Shown: positions 51,639-60,862 of the stretch, piece by piece
Numbering within the stretch: position 1 is the stretch's first letter
Layout of the letters: the number at the start of each line of letters is the position of its first letter
DNA from: an uncultured bacterium
GTDB taxonomy: Bacteria > Patescibacteriota > Saccharimonadia > Saccharimonadales > CAIOMD01
DNA length: 62,801 nucleotides
Assembly (NCBI GenBank): GCA_903880655.1
Contig: CAIRQE010000106.1
Span: 1 to 62,801, forward strand
Direction of reading: 5' to 3'
Notes under the pieces: generated by a model
Told to the model about the DNA's origin: nothing
What the model saw: the letters and a program-made list of their open reading frames with translations, nothing else
Databases searched by the model: none
Made by a program: the position numbers and the translations under genes

Positions 51639-52097
51639 ATGTCTTTTTCAACTTTTTCTGGTCCAGTTCGCGCAGGTACTGTTAGATATACTACTGGCAC
51701 TACTGTTGGTAATATTGATAATACAGGCGTTGTTGTTTTATCTCAATCAGCAGCTTTAGGTTTAACTACTAGTGCTCCTTTTGTGGTTCCAGCTGGCTCT
51801 CAAATCTTAAACATTTTTGTTGACGTTACTACTACTTTTACTACAGGTGCCACACTTGCGGTAGGTAACAGCACAACAGCAGCGGCTTATGTAACCGCAA
51901 TAACCACTCCAGCGGTAGGCCGTCAAGCCCTTACTTTAACAGCGGCTCAAATTACAGCTCTTAGCAATGTTGGTACTACTGATATGCAAGTTCTTGTCAC
52001 TATGGCGGGGACAACTGCAACTGCAGGTGCGGGGTTTATTACTATAGTTTACGCACAAAAAACATCTAGTGGCGCTGAAGCACCTGCTTCTGCTTAA
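51639..52097 (+). CDS. Ala/Thr-rich structural-module protein (152 aa)
   Basis: AGGAA RBS. MSFSTFSGPVRAGTV start. Function unknown. Confidence 0.5.
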   Translation: MSFSTFSGPVRAGTVRYTTGTTVGNIDNTGVVVLSQSAALGLTTSAPFVVPAGSQILNIFVDVTTTFTTGATLAVGNSTTAAAYVTAITTPAVGRQALTLTAAQITALSNVGTTDMQVLVTMAGTTATAGAGFITIVYAQKTSSGAEAPASA

Positions 52098-52186
52098 TAA
52101 TTAGTCTAAGGGGGCCGGAGTTGATCGACCTTGGCCTTAAATGAGAACGGCAAGCCCGCCCTTAACTTTACTTTAGGAGATTAATT

Positions 52187-52480
52187 ATGATTCAAACAGA
52201 TGTAAAAAGTACCCATTTAAGTGTAGCGGGGTCTATTTATGCAGATCGAACTAGGTTAAAAGGTATTATAGTAGCACCAAAAGCTAGTACGGCGGCTACT
52301 TTTGAGGTTAGAGACGGCGGTGCATCGGGTGAAATATTGTTTCAAATGGACATCCCATCAAATAGTAACCCAAACTCTTTCGATATTATTATTCCCGGCG
52401 AAGGCATTTTATATCGTACCGACGTATACTTAACTTTTAGTGTTGGGTCTGTAACAGGCATTACAGCTTTTTATGGTTAG
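52187..52480 (+). CDS. hypothetical protein (97 aa)
   Basis: AGGAG RBS 7 nt upstream. Confidence 0.5.
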   Translation: MIQTDVKSTHLSVAGSIYADRTRLKGIIVAPKASTAATFEVRDGGASGEILFQMDIPSNSNPNSFDIIIPGEGILYRTDVYLTFSVGSVTGITAFYG

Positions 52481-52483
52481 CCC

Positions 52484-52741
52484 ATGGAACATCAAAGAGC
52501 TTCAGATCCAGTGATACAAACGGCGCGGGAGCTTGCTACCCACAGTGCGGACATAAAACACTTACAGAATGACATGGACAAAATGATTAAAGATATGGAT
52601 GAGATAAAAGAAGCCATAAAAGAAATCAGTAAAACCCTGTCTGAAGCTAAAGGTGGGTGGCGTATGTTCATGATCTTTGGTGGTATAGGTGCTGTAATAG
52701 GGGCTAGTATGTCTTGGATAATAGATCTCGCAAGGAACTAA
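52484..52741 (+). CDS. XhlA-like membrane protein (N-terminal coiled coil + C-terminal TM)
   Basis: 85 aa. HLQNDMDKMIKDMDEIKEAIKEI followed by WRMFMIFGGIGAVIGASMSWII. Confidence 0.4.
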   Translation: MEHQRASDPVIQTARELATHSADIKHLQNDMDKMIKDMDEIKEAIKEISKTLSEAKGGWRMFMIFGGIGAVIGASMSWIIDLARN

Positions 52742-52742
52742 T

Positions 52743-53333
52743 ATGCCCTACAAAGACCTAAGTGTACGAACTGCAAAAGCTAGAGAATATATGGCGGCGC
52801 ATAGATTACGTGAAAAGGCAAAGATAGCTTTACTTGAGCCTGAGCCTAGATTTTGTTTATTATGTAGTATAAGTATTATAGATAAAAGAAAAGGTGCTAA
52901 ATACTGCTGTAGGGATCATAAGCGAATAGCCTCAGATGCAAAAAGAAATCATGCTGCCGAATATGGAAAAAACAAAACTAATAAAAGAGCACAGGCTTTA
53001 AAGTATTATTATTTATATATAGATCGTAATAGACAATTGATGCGAGAACGGCAAAAATGTAATTTACCTGTGTTTGCTGCAAGTGCTGCAAAGAGACGCG
53101 CGGTAAAAATACAACGTACGCCAAACTGGTTGTCCAAACTTGATATATGGTTAATAGAAGAAATATATGTATTAGCCGCTTTACGAACTAAATTAACAGG
53201 GGTAGTATGGCACGTAGATCACATTGTCCCTTTGCAGGGAGAGCTTGTTTCGGGCTTACATATACCTGTTAATTTACAAGTTATAACTGCAAAAGAAAAC
53301 ATGTATAAAAGTAATAAATTTGAGGTGGCATAA
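52743..53333 (+). CDS. HNH homing endonuclease (paralogue B)
   Basis: WHVDHIVPLQGELVSGLHIPVNLQVITAKENMYKSNK aligns with paralogue A. Confidence 0.75.
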   Translation: MPYKDLSVRTAKAREYMAAHRLREKAKIALLEPEPRFCLLCSISIIDKRKGAKYCCRDHKRIASDAKRNHAAEYGKNKTNKRAQALKYYYLYIDRNRQLMRERQKCNLPVFAASAAKRRAVKIQRTPNWLSKLDIWLIEEIYVLAALRTKLTGVVWHVDHIVPLQGELVSGLHIPVNLQVITAKENMYKSNKFEVA

Positions 53334-53599
53334 TGAGTAGCCCTATTCGTAAAACTACAAAAGGTAAAAGTAGGAATTATCTTAGTACGGATGAAGGAGC
53401 TGGAATGACAAAAGCTGGGCGAGACAAATACAATGCAGCTACAGGATCTAATCTTAAAGCCCCACAACCACAAGGGGGACCACGTAAAAAGTCCTTCTGC
53501 GCACGTATGAGTGGAATGCCGGGACCTATGAAAGACGAGAACGGCAAACCTACACGCAAAGCAGCCTCACTAAAAAGGTGGAACTGTGGTAGTAAGTAA
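53333..53599 (+). CDS. small basic protein (88 aa)
   Basis: TAATG overlap with the upstream gene. KAGRDKYNAATGSNLKAP..RKKSFCARMSGM motif. Confidence 0.5.
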   Translation: MSSPIRKTTKGKSRNYLSTDEGAGMTKAGRDKYNAATGSNLKAPQPQGGPRKKSFCARMSGMPGPMKDENGKPTRKAASLKRWNCGSK

Positions 53600-53616
53600 A
53601 CTAACGGGAAAGTAAT

Positions 53617-53922
53617 ATGACTCGCCCATCACGCGGTATTTCTGATATACAAGAAAAGGCTAGAGGAAACAAAATGACTAAGTTAAAAGCGGGCATGGCC
53701 CCATTAAAGAAAAAAGATACACTTAAAGCTAAAGTAACTAAACGAGCTCCAACTCCAGACATGGCTCAAATAGGTGCTATGCGTTCTGCTGGTTTAGGCG
53801 CTGTTCCGGGATCTCCAACTGCGGCTATGAAGAAAGGTGGATCTGCTTGCAGAGGTATGTACAAAGGTGGCAGTGTCGATGGCATTGTTAAGAAAGGTCG
53901 GACTCGTGGGAAGATAATCTAA
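53617..53922 (+). CDS. small basic Gly-rich protein (101 aa)
   Basis: C-terminal KKGGSACRGMYKGGSVDGIVKKGRTRGKII. Confidence 0.5.
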   Translation: MTRPSRGISDIQEKARGNKMTKLKAGMAPLKKKDTLKAKVTKRAPTPDMAQIGAMRSAGLGAVPGSPTAAMKKGGSACRGMYKGGSVDGIVKKGRTRGKII

Positions 53923-54206
53923 TGGCTACTACAGTAAAAGCTACAAAAACACCAAAAAAACAGGAAGAGCCTGATGTTGGTCAAGCTGACCTTGATAGAG
54001 CGATGCTTGATAAACGCAATAAGTACGAGGAAGACATAAGCAAGAAGTTTGGTGTTGGTGACTCACCGTATGAAAAATTTAGTGGTCCGGACTACTACAA
54101 AGGTAAAAAATGTGGTGGTTCTGTAAAAGGCTACGCTAAAGGCGGCTCAGCTTCTCGTGGTGATGGTTGTGCTATTAAAGGCCATACAAAAGGTAGGATG
54201 ATCTAA
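53922..54206 (+). CDS. small basic Gly-rich protein (94 aa), paralogous C-terminus
   Basis: C-terminal KKCGGSVKGYAKGGSASRGDGCAIKGHTKGRMI. Confidence 0.5.
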   Translation: MATTVKATKTPKKQEEPDVGQADLDRAMLDKRNKYEEDISKKFGVGDSPYEKFSGPDYYKGKKCGGSVKGYAKGGSASRGDGCAIKGHTKGRMI

Positions 54207-54640
54207 TGGCTGGGGGAGGACAAGGTTACGCAGATGGTGGAATTATAGGTCAAGGGTTTGGGAACCAACAGGCGAACCCAACACCTCAGTTTAATACTCA
54301 GAGTGCGTACAATAACTTTGCCTCTCCTAATTCCAATTTTATGAGTTACCCACAACAAGGGCAACCTAACCAACCCAGTGCAGCGCCTACGGCTATGTCT
54401 AACACACTCCCACCTGTACAAAGTGCTCCTAGTCCTGATATGGGCGGGGTGTCTCCAAGTAACAATATGGGGTATGATAATAGCGGTAGCGATGCGGGAA
54501 TAGGTGGGCAACCAGTGACTCAAATGCAAACCCCATTGCAAGGGCAACCACCAAGTCTGTCTCAGTACATGCCTCAACAAGGACTACAAATTCAGGGCAA
54601 TCCTACTTCGATGCCCGTACAACGACCACAACAAAGGTAA
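54206..54640 (+). CDS. Q/N/P/G-rich low-complexity protein (144 aa)
   Basis: GYADGGIIGQG at the N-terminus. The rest is Q/N/P/S-rich. Confidence 0.5.
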   Translation: MAGGGQGYADGGIIGQGFGNQQANPTPQFNTQSAYNNFASPNSNFMSYPQQGQPNQPSAAPTAMSNTLPPVQSAPSPDMGGVSPSNNMGYDNSGSDAGIGGQPVTQMQTPLQGQPPSLSQYMPQQGLQIQGNPTSMPVQRPQQR

Positions 54641-54643
54641 CGC

Positions 54644-55348
54644 ATGAGCACTTCAGGTCTTACTACATTCAATCCGGATATAGCTGAAATAATTGAAGAA
54701 AGTTTTGAGCGTATTGGGGTAGAAGTACGCACAGGCTATCAATTTAGAACAGCTAGAAGATCTTTAAATTATCTATTAGCATCTTGGGCTAATAAAGGCT
54801 TGAACCTGTGGACTATTGAACAAGGTGAGATTCCTTTGTTAGTAGGTGTTGATACGTATGATTTGCCTGATGATACGGTTGATTTAATAGAGACGGTGAT
54901 ACGTCAAAACCCCGGTAGTACTTCTAATCAAGTAGACCTACAGATAGCTCGTATAAGTGTTTCTACATACGCAACAATACCAAATAAACTAACTCAGGGC
55001 AGACCTATACAGATATTTGTTGATAGGCAGACTCCTACACCTACAGCTAAGATATGGCCTTTACCTAGTCAAACTGGATACACTTTAGTTTATTGGCGCT
55101 TACGTAGAATGCAAGATGCAGGACAAGCCGGAGTAAATACGCTTGATATCCCCTTTAGATTCTTAGAAGCTATGACTGCTGGACTAGCCTACAACTTGGC
55201 TCTTAAAACACCAGAAGCAGAAAATAAAATCCCTATGCTTAAACAACTCTATGATGAGGCTTTTGAACTGGCGGCTGATGAAGATCGTCAACGAGTGTCT
55301 TTTAGATTTGTACCTAATATAGGCAGTGTAGGCGGCGGAGGCTGGTAA
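54644..55348 (+). CDS. head-tail adaptor / tail tubular protein A-like (T7 gp11-like)
   Basis: IAEIIEESFERIGV..ARRSLNYLLASWANKGLNLWTIEQGEIPLL parallels T7 gp11 [38 protein letters not shown] (recalled, not aligned). Confidence 0.5.
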   Translation: MSTSGLTTFNPDIAEIIEESFERIGVEVRTGYQFRTARRSLNYLLASWANKGLNLWTIEQGEIPLLVGVDTYDLPDDTVDLIETVIRQNPGSTSNQVDLQIARISVSTYATIPNKLTQGRPIQIFVDRQTPTPTAKIWPLPSQTGYTLVYWRLRRMQDAGQAGVNTLDIPFRFLEAMTAGLAYNLALKTPEAENKIPMLKQLYDEAFELAADEDRQRVSFRFVPNIGSVGGGGW

Positions 55349-55414
55349 GTGATTGATGTGGACAATAGTGTGATTGATGTGGTAAACTATAATCTCTTTA
55401 ATTTAGGAGGTTAT

Positions 55415-56020
55415 ATGGGTGCTAATCAATTTACAGAAAACTCCATCTCGCATTTAGATTTACCCTGTAGTAGTGGGGTGTATATGATTACGGATAAGAC
55501 GCTAGGGCATAGATATATAGGGAGCTCGGTTAATATAAAACGCAGAGCGATGCAACACTTTGCAGAATTAAAAGCAAATAGGGGCCACCATGTGAGCCTA
55601 TATGAAAGGTTTAAAACTACATATAATACACTAGGGCCTGTTGGATTTGACGTAACTGTACTAGTTTTATGTGAAGATAAAGACCTATTAATGTACGAAG
55701 AGCAGTGCATTGCTATACTGGGGGACACAATAAACCGATATAACAATGTAAATATAACAGCTGTATATTCTGAACAAGAGATAAAAAATAAGTCAGAGCG
55801 AACTAAAACCCTCTGGGCTAATCCTGAGTATAGAGAAAAAGCCATAGCGGCACGTAAGGGTAAAGCCTATAATAAAGGTTATAAATGCACTCCTGAGCAA
55901 ATAGAAAACAGGAAAAAAGCAGGGCGTATTAGTAATATGAAACGTGCATATGGCGATGATTGGAAAACCGAGTATAGCAGACGATATCCTACTTATGTGG
56001 AAGACCTAAATGGGTACTAA
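55415..56020 (+). CDS. GIY-YIG homing endonuclease
   Basis: GVYMITDKTLGHRYIGSSVNIKRRAMQH. AGGAGG RBS precedes the ATG at 55415. Confidence 0.8.
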   Translation: MGANQFTENSISHLDLPCSSGVYMITDKTLGHRYIGSSVNIKRRAMQHFAELKANRGHHVSLYERFKTTYNTLGPVGFDVTVLVLCEDKDLLMYEEQCIAILGDTINRYNNVNITAVYSEQEIKNKSERTKTLWANPEYREKAIAARKGKAYNKGYKCTPEQIENRKKAGRISNMKRAYGDDWKTEYSRRYPTYVEDLNGY

Positions 56021-56345
56021 ATTTGCTGGAGAAAAACGGTCATTTGGCTTCTGCGATAGGTGCAATTTTAGATACGCATTAAAGAAACTGCACACCTATG
56101 TTATTATAGGTAAACGGATAAATATGCGGGTATGTCCAGAGTGTATGGACAAAGTTGGTGGAGACCACCCACAAAACTGGGTTGGTATAATAGGTGCCCA
56201 AAAGGTAGCAAATGATCCACAGGCTCTACAAAACCCTAGACCGGATGTAAACTTAAACGCTTCTAGAGGTTTATTTGCTTTTAACCCTGTGGCGACACAG
56301 ACTATTACTACCACATTGAATGATGTGTTTATTACGATTACTTGA
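56010..56345 (+). CDS. zinc-ribbon protein (111 aa), structural module
   Basis: CDRC...CPEC pairs. Confidence 0.5.
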   Translation: MGTKFAGEKRSFGFCDRCNFRYALKKLHTYVIIGKRINMRVCPECMDKVGGDHPQNWVGIIGAQKVANDPQALQNPRPDVNLNASRGLFAFNPVATQTITTTLNDVFITIT

Positions 56346-56353
56346 GGTATACT

Positions 56354-56584
56354 ATGGCTAGTTTTGAAGGTTCAGCTAAAGACGTTAAAGAAGACAAAGT
56401 CCTTGCAAAGAAAAACAAGATGTCTATGTCTGACTGGGAGAAAAGCCCAAAAGACGCTAAGCATGACAAACAAAAATCTATGAAGGGTCTTAAAAAAGGC
56501 GGCATTACATCTATGGATGCTAAGAAGATGGGTCGTAATGTAGCTCGTGCTATGAATCAAAAAAGTTCAGGTAGAGGTCGATAA
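56354..56584 (+). CDS. small basic protein (76 aa) with LKKGG motif
   Basis: GAGGT RBS precedes the ATG at 56354. Lys-rich. Confidence 0.5.
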   Translation: MASFEGSAKDVKEDKVLAKKNKMSMSDWEKSPKDAKHDKQKSMKGLKKGGITSMDAKKMGRNVARAMNQKSSGRGR

Positions 56585-56751
56585 TGGCTAAGCAACATAT
56601 TGAAGGATCTGCTGAGTATAAAGGCGTTAAATCTGTACCCACTCCTGTAGGTAACGGATACCCTGTGCAAATCGAAAACAAAAAGACAGTGAAAGTACGT
56701 GGTACTGGTGCAGCTACTAAAGGCACTATGGCTTCTAGTAAAATGGGCTAA
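56584..56751 (+). CDS. short ORF (55 aa), not in the ORF track
   Basis: MAKQHIEGSAEYKGVKSVPTPVGNGYPVQIENKKTVKVRGTGAATKGTMASSKMG. TAATG overlap with the upstream gene. The RGTGAATKG tail resembles the RGDGCAIKG of the 94-aa protein. Confidence 0.45.
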   Translation: MAKQHIEGSAEYKGVKSVPTPVGNGYPVQIENKKTVKVRGTGAATKGTMASSKMG

Positions 56752-56754
56752 ACT

Positions 56755-57438
56755 ATGACGTATGATGAGTTGACAACTGCTATACAACAATACCTTATGG
56801 TGGAGTATGTCGGTGACGGAGCAGAGCCTACATTTGTAGCAAACATTGACAACTTCATTCAACACACTGAGTTACTAATAAATAACTCGGTGCAGCTCCC
56901 TGCATTTCGTAAAAACGTAGCGGGGTCTGTGACGACTGGCAACCCTTATTTAACTATACCGTCAGACTTCTTATCTGTGTTCTCTTTAGCGGCTATACCA
57001 TCAACTATAGTTGACTTAGTTCCTACACCAACATATCAGTATTTGTTAAACAAAGACGTTAACTATATAAGAGAAGCATACCCTTACCCATCTGCTCAGG
57101 GGACTCCAAAGTATTATAGTATCTTTGATGATAATACTTTTTTATTAGGTCCTACTCCTGAAGTAGACTACGATGTAGAACTACATTACTACGCATACCC
57201 AGAGTCTATTGTAGATGCTGTTTCTGGCACTACATGGTTAAGTATTGAGTTCCCTAATGCCTTACTTTGGGGCGCATTGGTTGAAGGTTATATTTTCTTG
57301 AAAGGAGAACAAGAGCTAATTCAAACGTACCAATCTAAGTTCGACCAAGTTATGGAAGAATTGATTCAATTAGGTAACGGTAAAAACCGTCAAGATTCGT
57401 ATAGAGTCACTCAAGTTAGAGATAAGGTGGTACGATAA
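56755..57438 (+). CDS. structural protein (227 aa)
   Basis: ORF in the tail-module register. Confidence 0.5.
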   Translation: MTYDELTTAIQQYLMVEYVGDGAEPTFVANIDNFIQHTELLINNSVQLPAFRKNVAGSVTTGNPYLTIPSDFLSVFSLAAIPSTIVDLVPTPTYQYLLNKDVNYIREAYPYPSAQGTPKYYSIFDDNTFLLGPTPEVDYDVELHYYAYPESIVDAVSGTTWLSIEFPNALLWGALVEGYIFLKGEQELIQTYQSKFDQVMEELIQLGNGKNRQDSYRVTQVRDKVVR

Positions 57439-57867
57439 ATGGCTATTACTCAAGCTCTCTGCTCATCGTTTAAAGTAGAACTCCTAAAAGGGCAACATGA
57501 CTTTACTGCTATTACTGGAGATACCTTTAAAGTTGCATTATATACTTCAGTAGCAGAGCTAAATTCAAGTACCGTACTATACACAGCTATAGGTGAAGTA
57601 GTAGGGACAGGATATGTCGCAGGGGGTAATGTATTAACGGGGCAATCAATAGCTCTTTCTGGTACTACAGCATATGTTACCTTTGATACTAGTGAATGGC
57701 TTAACTCTACTATAACTGCATCAGGGGCTTTAATTTACAACCATACTCAAGCTGATAAAGCAGTAGCGGTCTTAAATTTTGGAGGGCCTTTTCACTCCTC
57801 CGATAGTACATTTACACTCACTTTTCCGCCCGCTACAGCAACCACTGCTGTAATTACTATTTATTAG
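57439..57867 (+). CDS. structural protein (142 aa)
   Basis: The start abuts the upstream stop. Confidence 0.5.
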   Translation: MAITQALCSSFKVELLKGQHDFTAITGDTFKVALYTSVAELNSSTVLYTAIGEVVGTGYVAGGNVLTGQSIALSGTTAYVTFDTSEWLNSTITASGALIYNHTQADKAVAVLNFGGPFHSSDSTFTLTFPPATATTAVITIY

Positions 57868-57897
57868 GGCATAACGTATAACATATTAGGAGCTATT

Positions 57898-58503
57898 ATG
57901 CTTAAAGAAATTCAAGGTTTTGGTGACGTAGCAGAGGTTAGTTATCAAGCTAATGCTGTTGCAGGTGAGTCTGTAGGTATCGAAGGGTACTACCATGTCG
58001 AATGTCGTGATAAAGACGGCAACTTAAAGTGGGAAGAGTCATTTCCTAACTTAGTTAATGCTATTGGTAAACAATTATTACTTGATACCTTATTACGAAC
58101 TTCGGGTACATATACTACTGTAGGTCCTTTCTTAGGGCTTATTAATGCCTCGCCAACTTTCCTTGCTGCTGATACTATGACATCACATGCAGGTTGGACT
58201 GAGTTTACTAACTATACAGTTGGTGGTTCAGCGGTAAGAGGTACAGCAGTTTTTGGCGCAGCTTCATCAACAGGTTTGAGCCCATCTAACGTAACTACTT
58301 CATTAGCTACAGCAATTACTTATACTATTACAGGCGCTGGCGGTACAGTTGCTGGATGTTTCTTAGTTACAGGTTCAGGCGCAGTAAGTACTCAGTCTAG
58401 CACTGCAGGTACTTTATATAGTGCTGGCGCGTTTGCTACAGCTAAGATTACAACTGTTGGCGATACAGTCAGCGTTACTTATAGTACAACTGCTACTTCT
58501 TAA
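57898..58503 (+). CDS. structural protein (201 aa)
   Basis: AGGAG RBS. Thr/Ala/Gly-rich C-terminus. Confidence 0.5.
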   Translation: MLKEIQGFGDVAEVSYQANAVAGESVGIEGYYHVECRDKDGNLKWEESFPNLVNAIGKQLLLDTLLRTSGTYTTVGPFLGLINASPTFLAADTMTSHAGWTEFTNYTVGGSAVRGTAVFGAASSTGLSPSNVTTSLATAITYTITGAGGTVAGCFLVTGSGAVSTQSSTAGTLYSAGAFATAKITTVGDTVSVTYSTTATS

Positions 58504-58519
58504 ATATAAGGGGTCTTAA

Positions 58520-60361
58520 ATGGCTTTAGTCCTAAAAGATCGGGTTCAGGAAACAGCGACCCCTAACACAACGGTAAGTTTTTCATGTAATGGGGCTGTT
58601 ACAGGGTTTCAAACATTTGGTACTGCCATAGGTAATACTAATACAACCTATTATACAGCCGCAGATACTGTTGGAAACTGGGAATGTGGTTTAGGTACTT
58701 ACGCAACCACTGGAAATTTAGTAGCACGTACAACTATTTCAGCGTCTAGCAATGCAGGTAGTGCTGTTACATTTCCGGGTAGTGTTTATTTATTTGTAGA
58801 TTATCCTGCAACTAAATCTGTAAATCTTGATGCTTCTGGAAACGTAAGCGCATTAGGCACTGTTGCTTCTGGAACTTGGCAAGGATCTACTGTAGGTGTT
58901 GCATATGGCGGCACAGGTGTTACTACGTCTACTGGGGCAAACTCTGTTGTATTACGTGATGCTAATGAGAATATAGTTGTTAATAGCGTTACCCAAAAGC
59001 TGACTAAAACAGTTTCAAGTGCAACAATTACAACTTTAACAGCAGCTTCGTCTCATTTTCAAGTTCTTACAGGCACCACAACTCAAACATACAAACTTCC
59101 TGACGCTACTTTATTGCCCACGGGTTTTACTTGGGTATTTGATAATGACTCTACTGGAAATTTAACTGTTACTGATAATGCTGGAGCTACTGTAGATGTA
59201 GTTGCGGCAGGGGGATACTCAACAGTATTTCTTGAAGCTAATGGTACTGTCGGTGGTGAATGGGGTAGATTCGGCATGATCCCAGAGGAAGTTAAGTGGG
59301 GAACTAACAGCTTAGATTTAGGCGGTTCAACGCTTATTACTAATGGCGCTTGGAATGGTACAACTATCGGCACTACTTATGGTGGTACAGGACTAACGAC
59401 ATTTACCACAGCTAATAATGCTATATATTCAACATCAGCATCAGCCTTAGCCGCAGGTACTCTGCCTGTGTTAGCAGGAGGCACAGGCGTAACCACAAGC
59501 ACTGGAACTGGAAGCAATGTATTAAGCGCGGGGCCTACATTCACAGGAACATTAAACGCAGTCAACATATCTTATACAGGCACACTTACAGGTGGTACAG
59601 GCGTAGTTGCTATAGGTACAAACCAGATATATAAAGATGCTTCAGGAAACGTGGGGATTGGGACGAGTAGTCCTTCAAGCCGCTTAACAGTATCAGCTAC
59701 AACTAACTATTCAGATACATATGGCATAATTCAAGCATATAACACGGGAACAGCTTCTACTGACAATGCGTCTTTAACGGTTAAAAACTACAGCGGAACA
59801 TCCCAGTTCATGCAGTGGCAAGATATAGGTTTACGCATCGGTAGCCGCATAAAAACAAACACTGGGGCGGGTTCTGTAGTATTTACATATGGCAATGATA
59901 CTGAAGCCATGCGCATCGACTCCTCAGGCAACGTAACATTGCAGAAAAATATATCTGTGGGAGCAGCAGCACCAACAACATCAGGAACTGGAATAACCTT
60001 CCCAAGCACAGCTTCGCCAAGTACAGATGCTTATACTTTAGATGATTACCGAGAAGGGACTTGGACTCCAACTTTAACAGGATTTACTTTAGTAGGTACG
60101 GATTCAAGCTCCTACAGATATACAAAAATTGGAAGATCAGTAACAATCAATGTAGTTTTTTTAGCCTCAACATCATATACCATAGCTATGAATGCACTCA
60201 TGACATTACCTTTCACTCCTACTCTTGGTGGCACTGGTGTTGCAGTATCTGAAAATACGGGTCAATGGGGTTATTTTGTTGCAAACGGAGGAAACCTAGT
60301 ATTTAAAGGTGGAGTAGTAGCATCTCAAAGTATTACATTATCTTTTACATATATTGTTTAA
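58520..60361 (+). CDS. tail fibre / receptor-binding-type protein (613 aa)
   Basis: Three copies of the (Y)GGTG(V/L)TT motif (VAYGGTGVTTSTG, TTYGGTGLTTFTT, LAGGTGVTTSTG), typical of phage fibre repeats. Confidence 0.6.
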   Translation: MALVLKDRVQETATPNTTVSFSCNGAVTGFQTFGTAIGNTNTTYYTAADTVGNWECGLGTYATTGNLVARTTISASSNAGSAVTFPGSVYLFVDYPATKSVNLDASGNVSALGTVASGTWQGSTVGVAYGGTGVTTSTGANSVVLRDANENIVVNSVTQKLTKTVSSATITTLTAASSHFQVLTGTTTQTYKLPDATLLPTGFTWVFDNDSTGNLTVTDNAGATVDVVAAGGYSTVFLEANGTVGGEWGRFGMIPEEVKWGTNSLDLGGSTLITNGAWNGTTIGTTYGGTGLTTFTTANNAIYSTSASALAAGTLPVLAGGTGVTTSTGTGSNVLSAGPTFTGTLNAVNISYTGTLTGGTGVVAIGTNQIYKDASGNVGIGTSSPSSRLTVSATTNYSDTYGIIQAYNTGTASTDNASLTVKNYSGTSQFMQWQDIGLRIGSRIKTNTGAGSVVFTYGNDTEAMRIDSSGNVTLQKNISVGAAAPTTSGTGITFPSTASPSTDAYTLDDYREGTWTPTLTGFTLVGTDSSSYRYTKIGRSVTINVVFLASTSYTIAMNALMTLPFTPTLGGTGVAVSENTGQWGYFVANGGNLVFKGGVVASQSITLSFTYIV

Positions 60362-60374
60362 TTAGGAAAATAAT

Positions 60375-60707
60375 ATGTCAATAACAAACACTTGGAACAT
60401 CTTAGCCTTAAACTGCAAACCCGATGTCAACGGTATGCTTGATTATGTCGTGACCTCACACTGGACTTTAACAGCTACAGACGGAACTTACACAGGTTCG
60501 GTATATGGAACAGCATCATTTGAAGTTGATCCTGCTAAATCTAATTATGTACCTTATGCAGATTTAACTTTGGATCAAGTGATCGCTTGGACACAATCTG
60601 CTTTGGGAGGAGAGCAAGTAGCGTCTTACGAAGCTAACGTAGCAAGCCAAATTGAAGCACAAATAAATCCGACTATCGTCACTCCACCATTACCTTGGGT
60701 CGCCTAA
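60375..60707 (+). CDS. hypothetical tail-module protein (110 aa)
   Basis: ORF in register. Confidence 0.5.
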   Translation: MSITNTWNILALNCKPDVNGMLDYVVTSHWTLTATDGTYTGSVYGTASFEVDPAKSNYVPYADLTLDQVIAWTQSALGGEQVASYEANVASQIEAQINPTIVTPPLPWVA

Positions 60708-60862
60708 TGATTAACCTAGAATTATCAGTACAAGAAATAAACTTAATCCTACAAGCACTAGGTCAAGCACCTTATGTGCAAGTTGCAGATATAATTGATA
60801 AAGTAAGAACACAAGCCGCGCCTCAAGTTGAGGCGTTACCTAAAGAAGAAGTATCTGAATAA
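60707..60862 (+). CDS. short ORF (51 aa), not in the ORF track
   Basis: MINLELSVQEINLILQALGQAPYVQVADIIDKVRTQAAPQVEALPKEEVSE. TAATG overlaps at both ends. Confidence 0.4.
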   Translation: MINLELSVQEINLILQALGQAPYVQVADIIDKVRTQAAPQVEALPKEEVSE

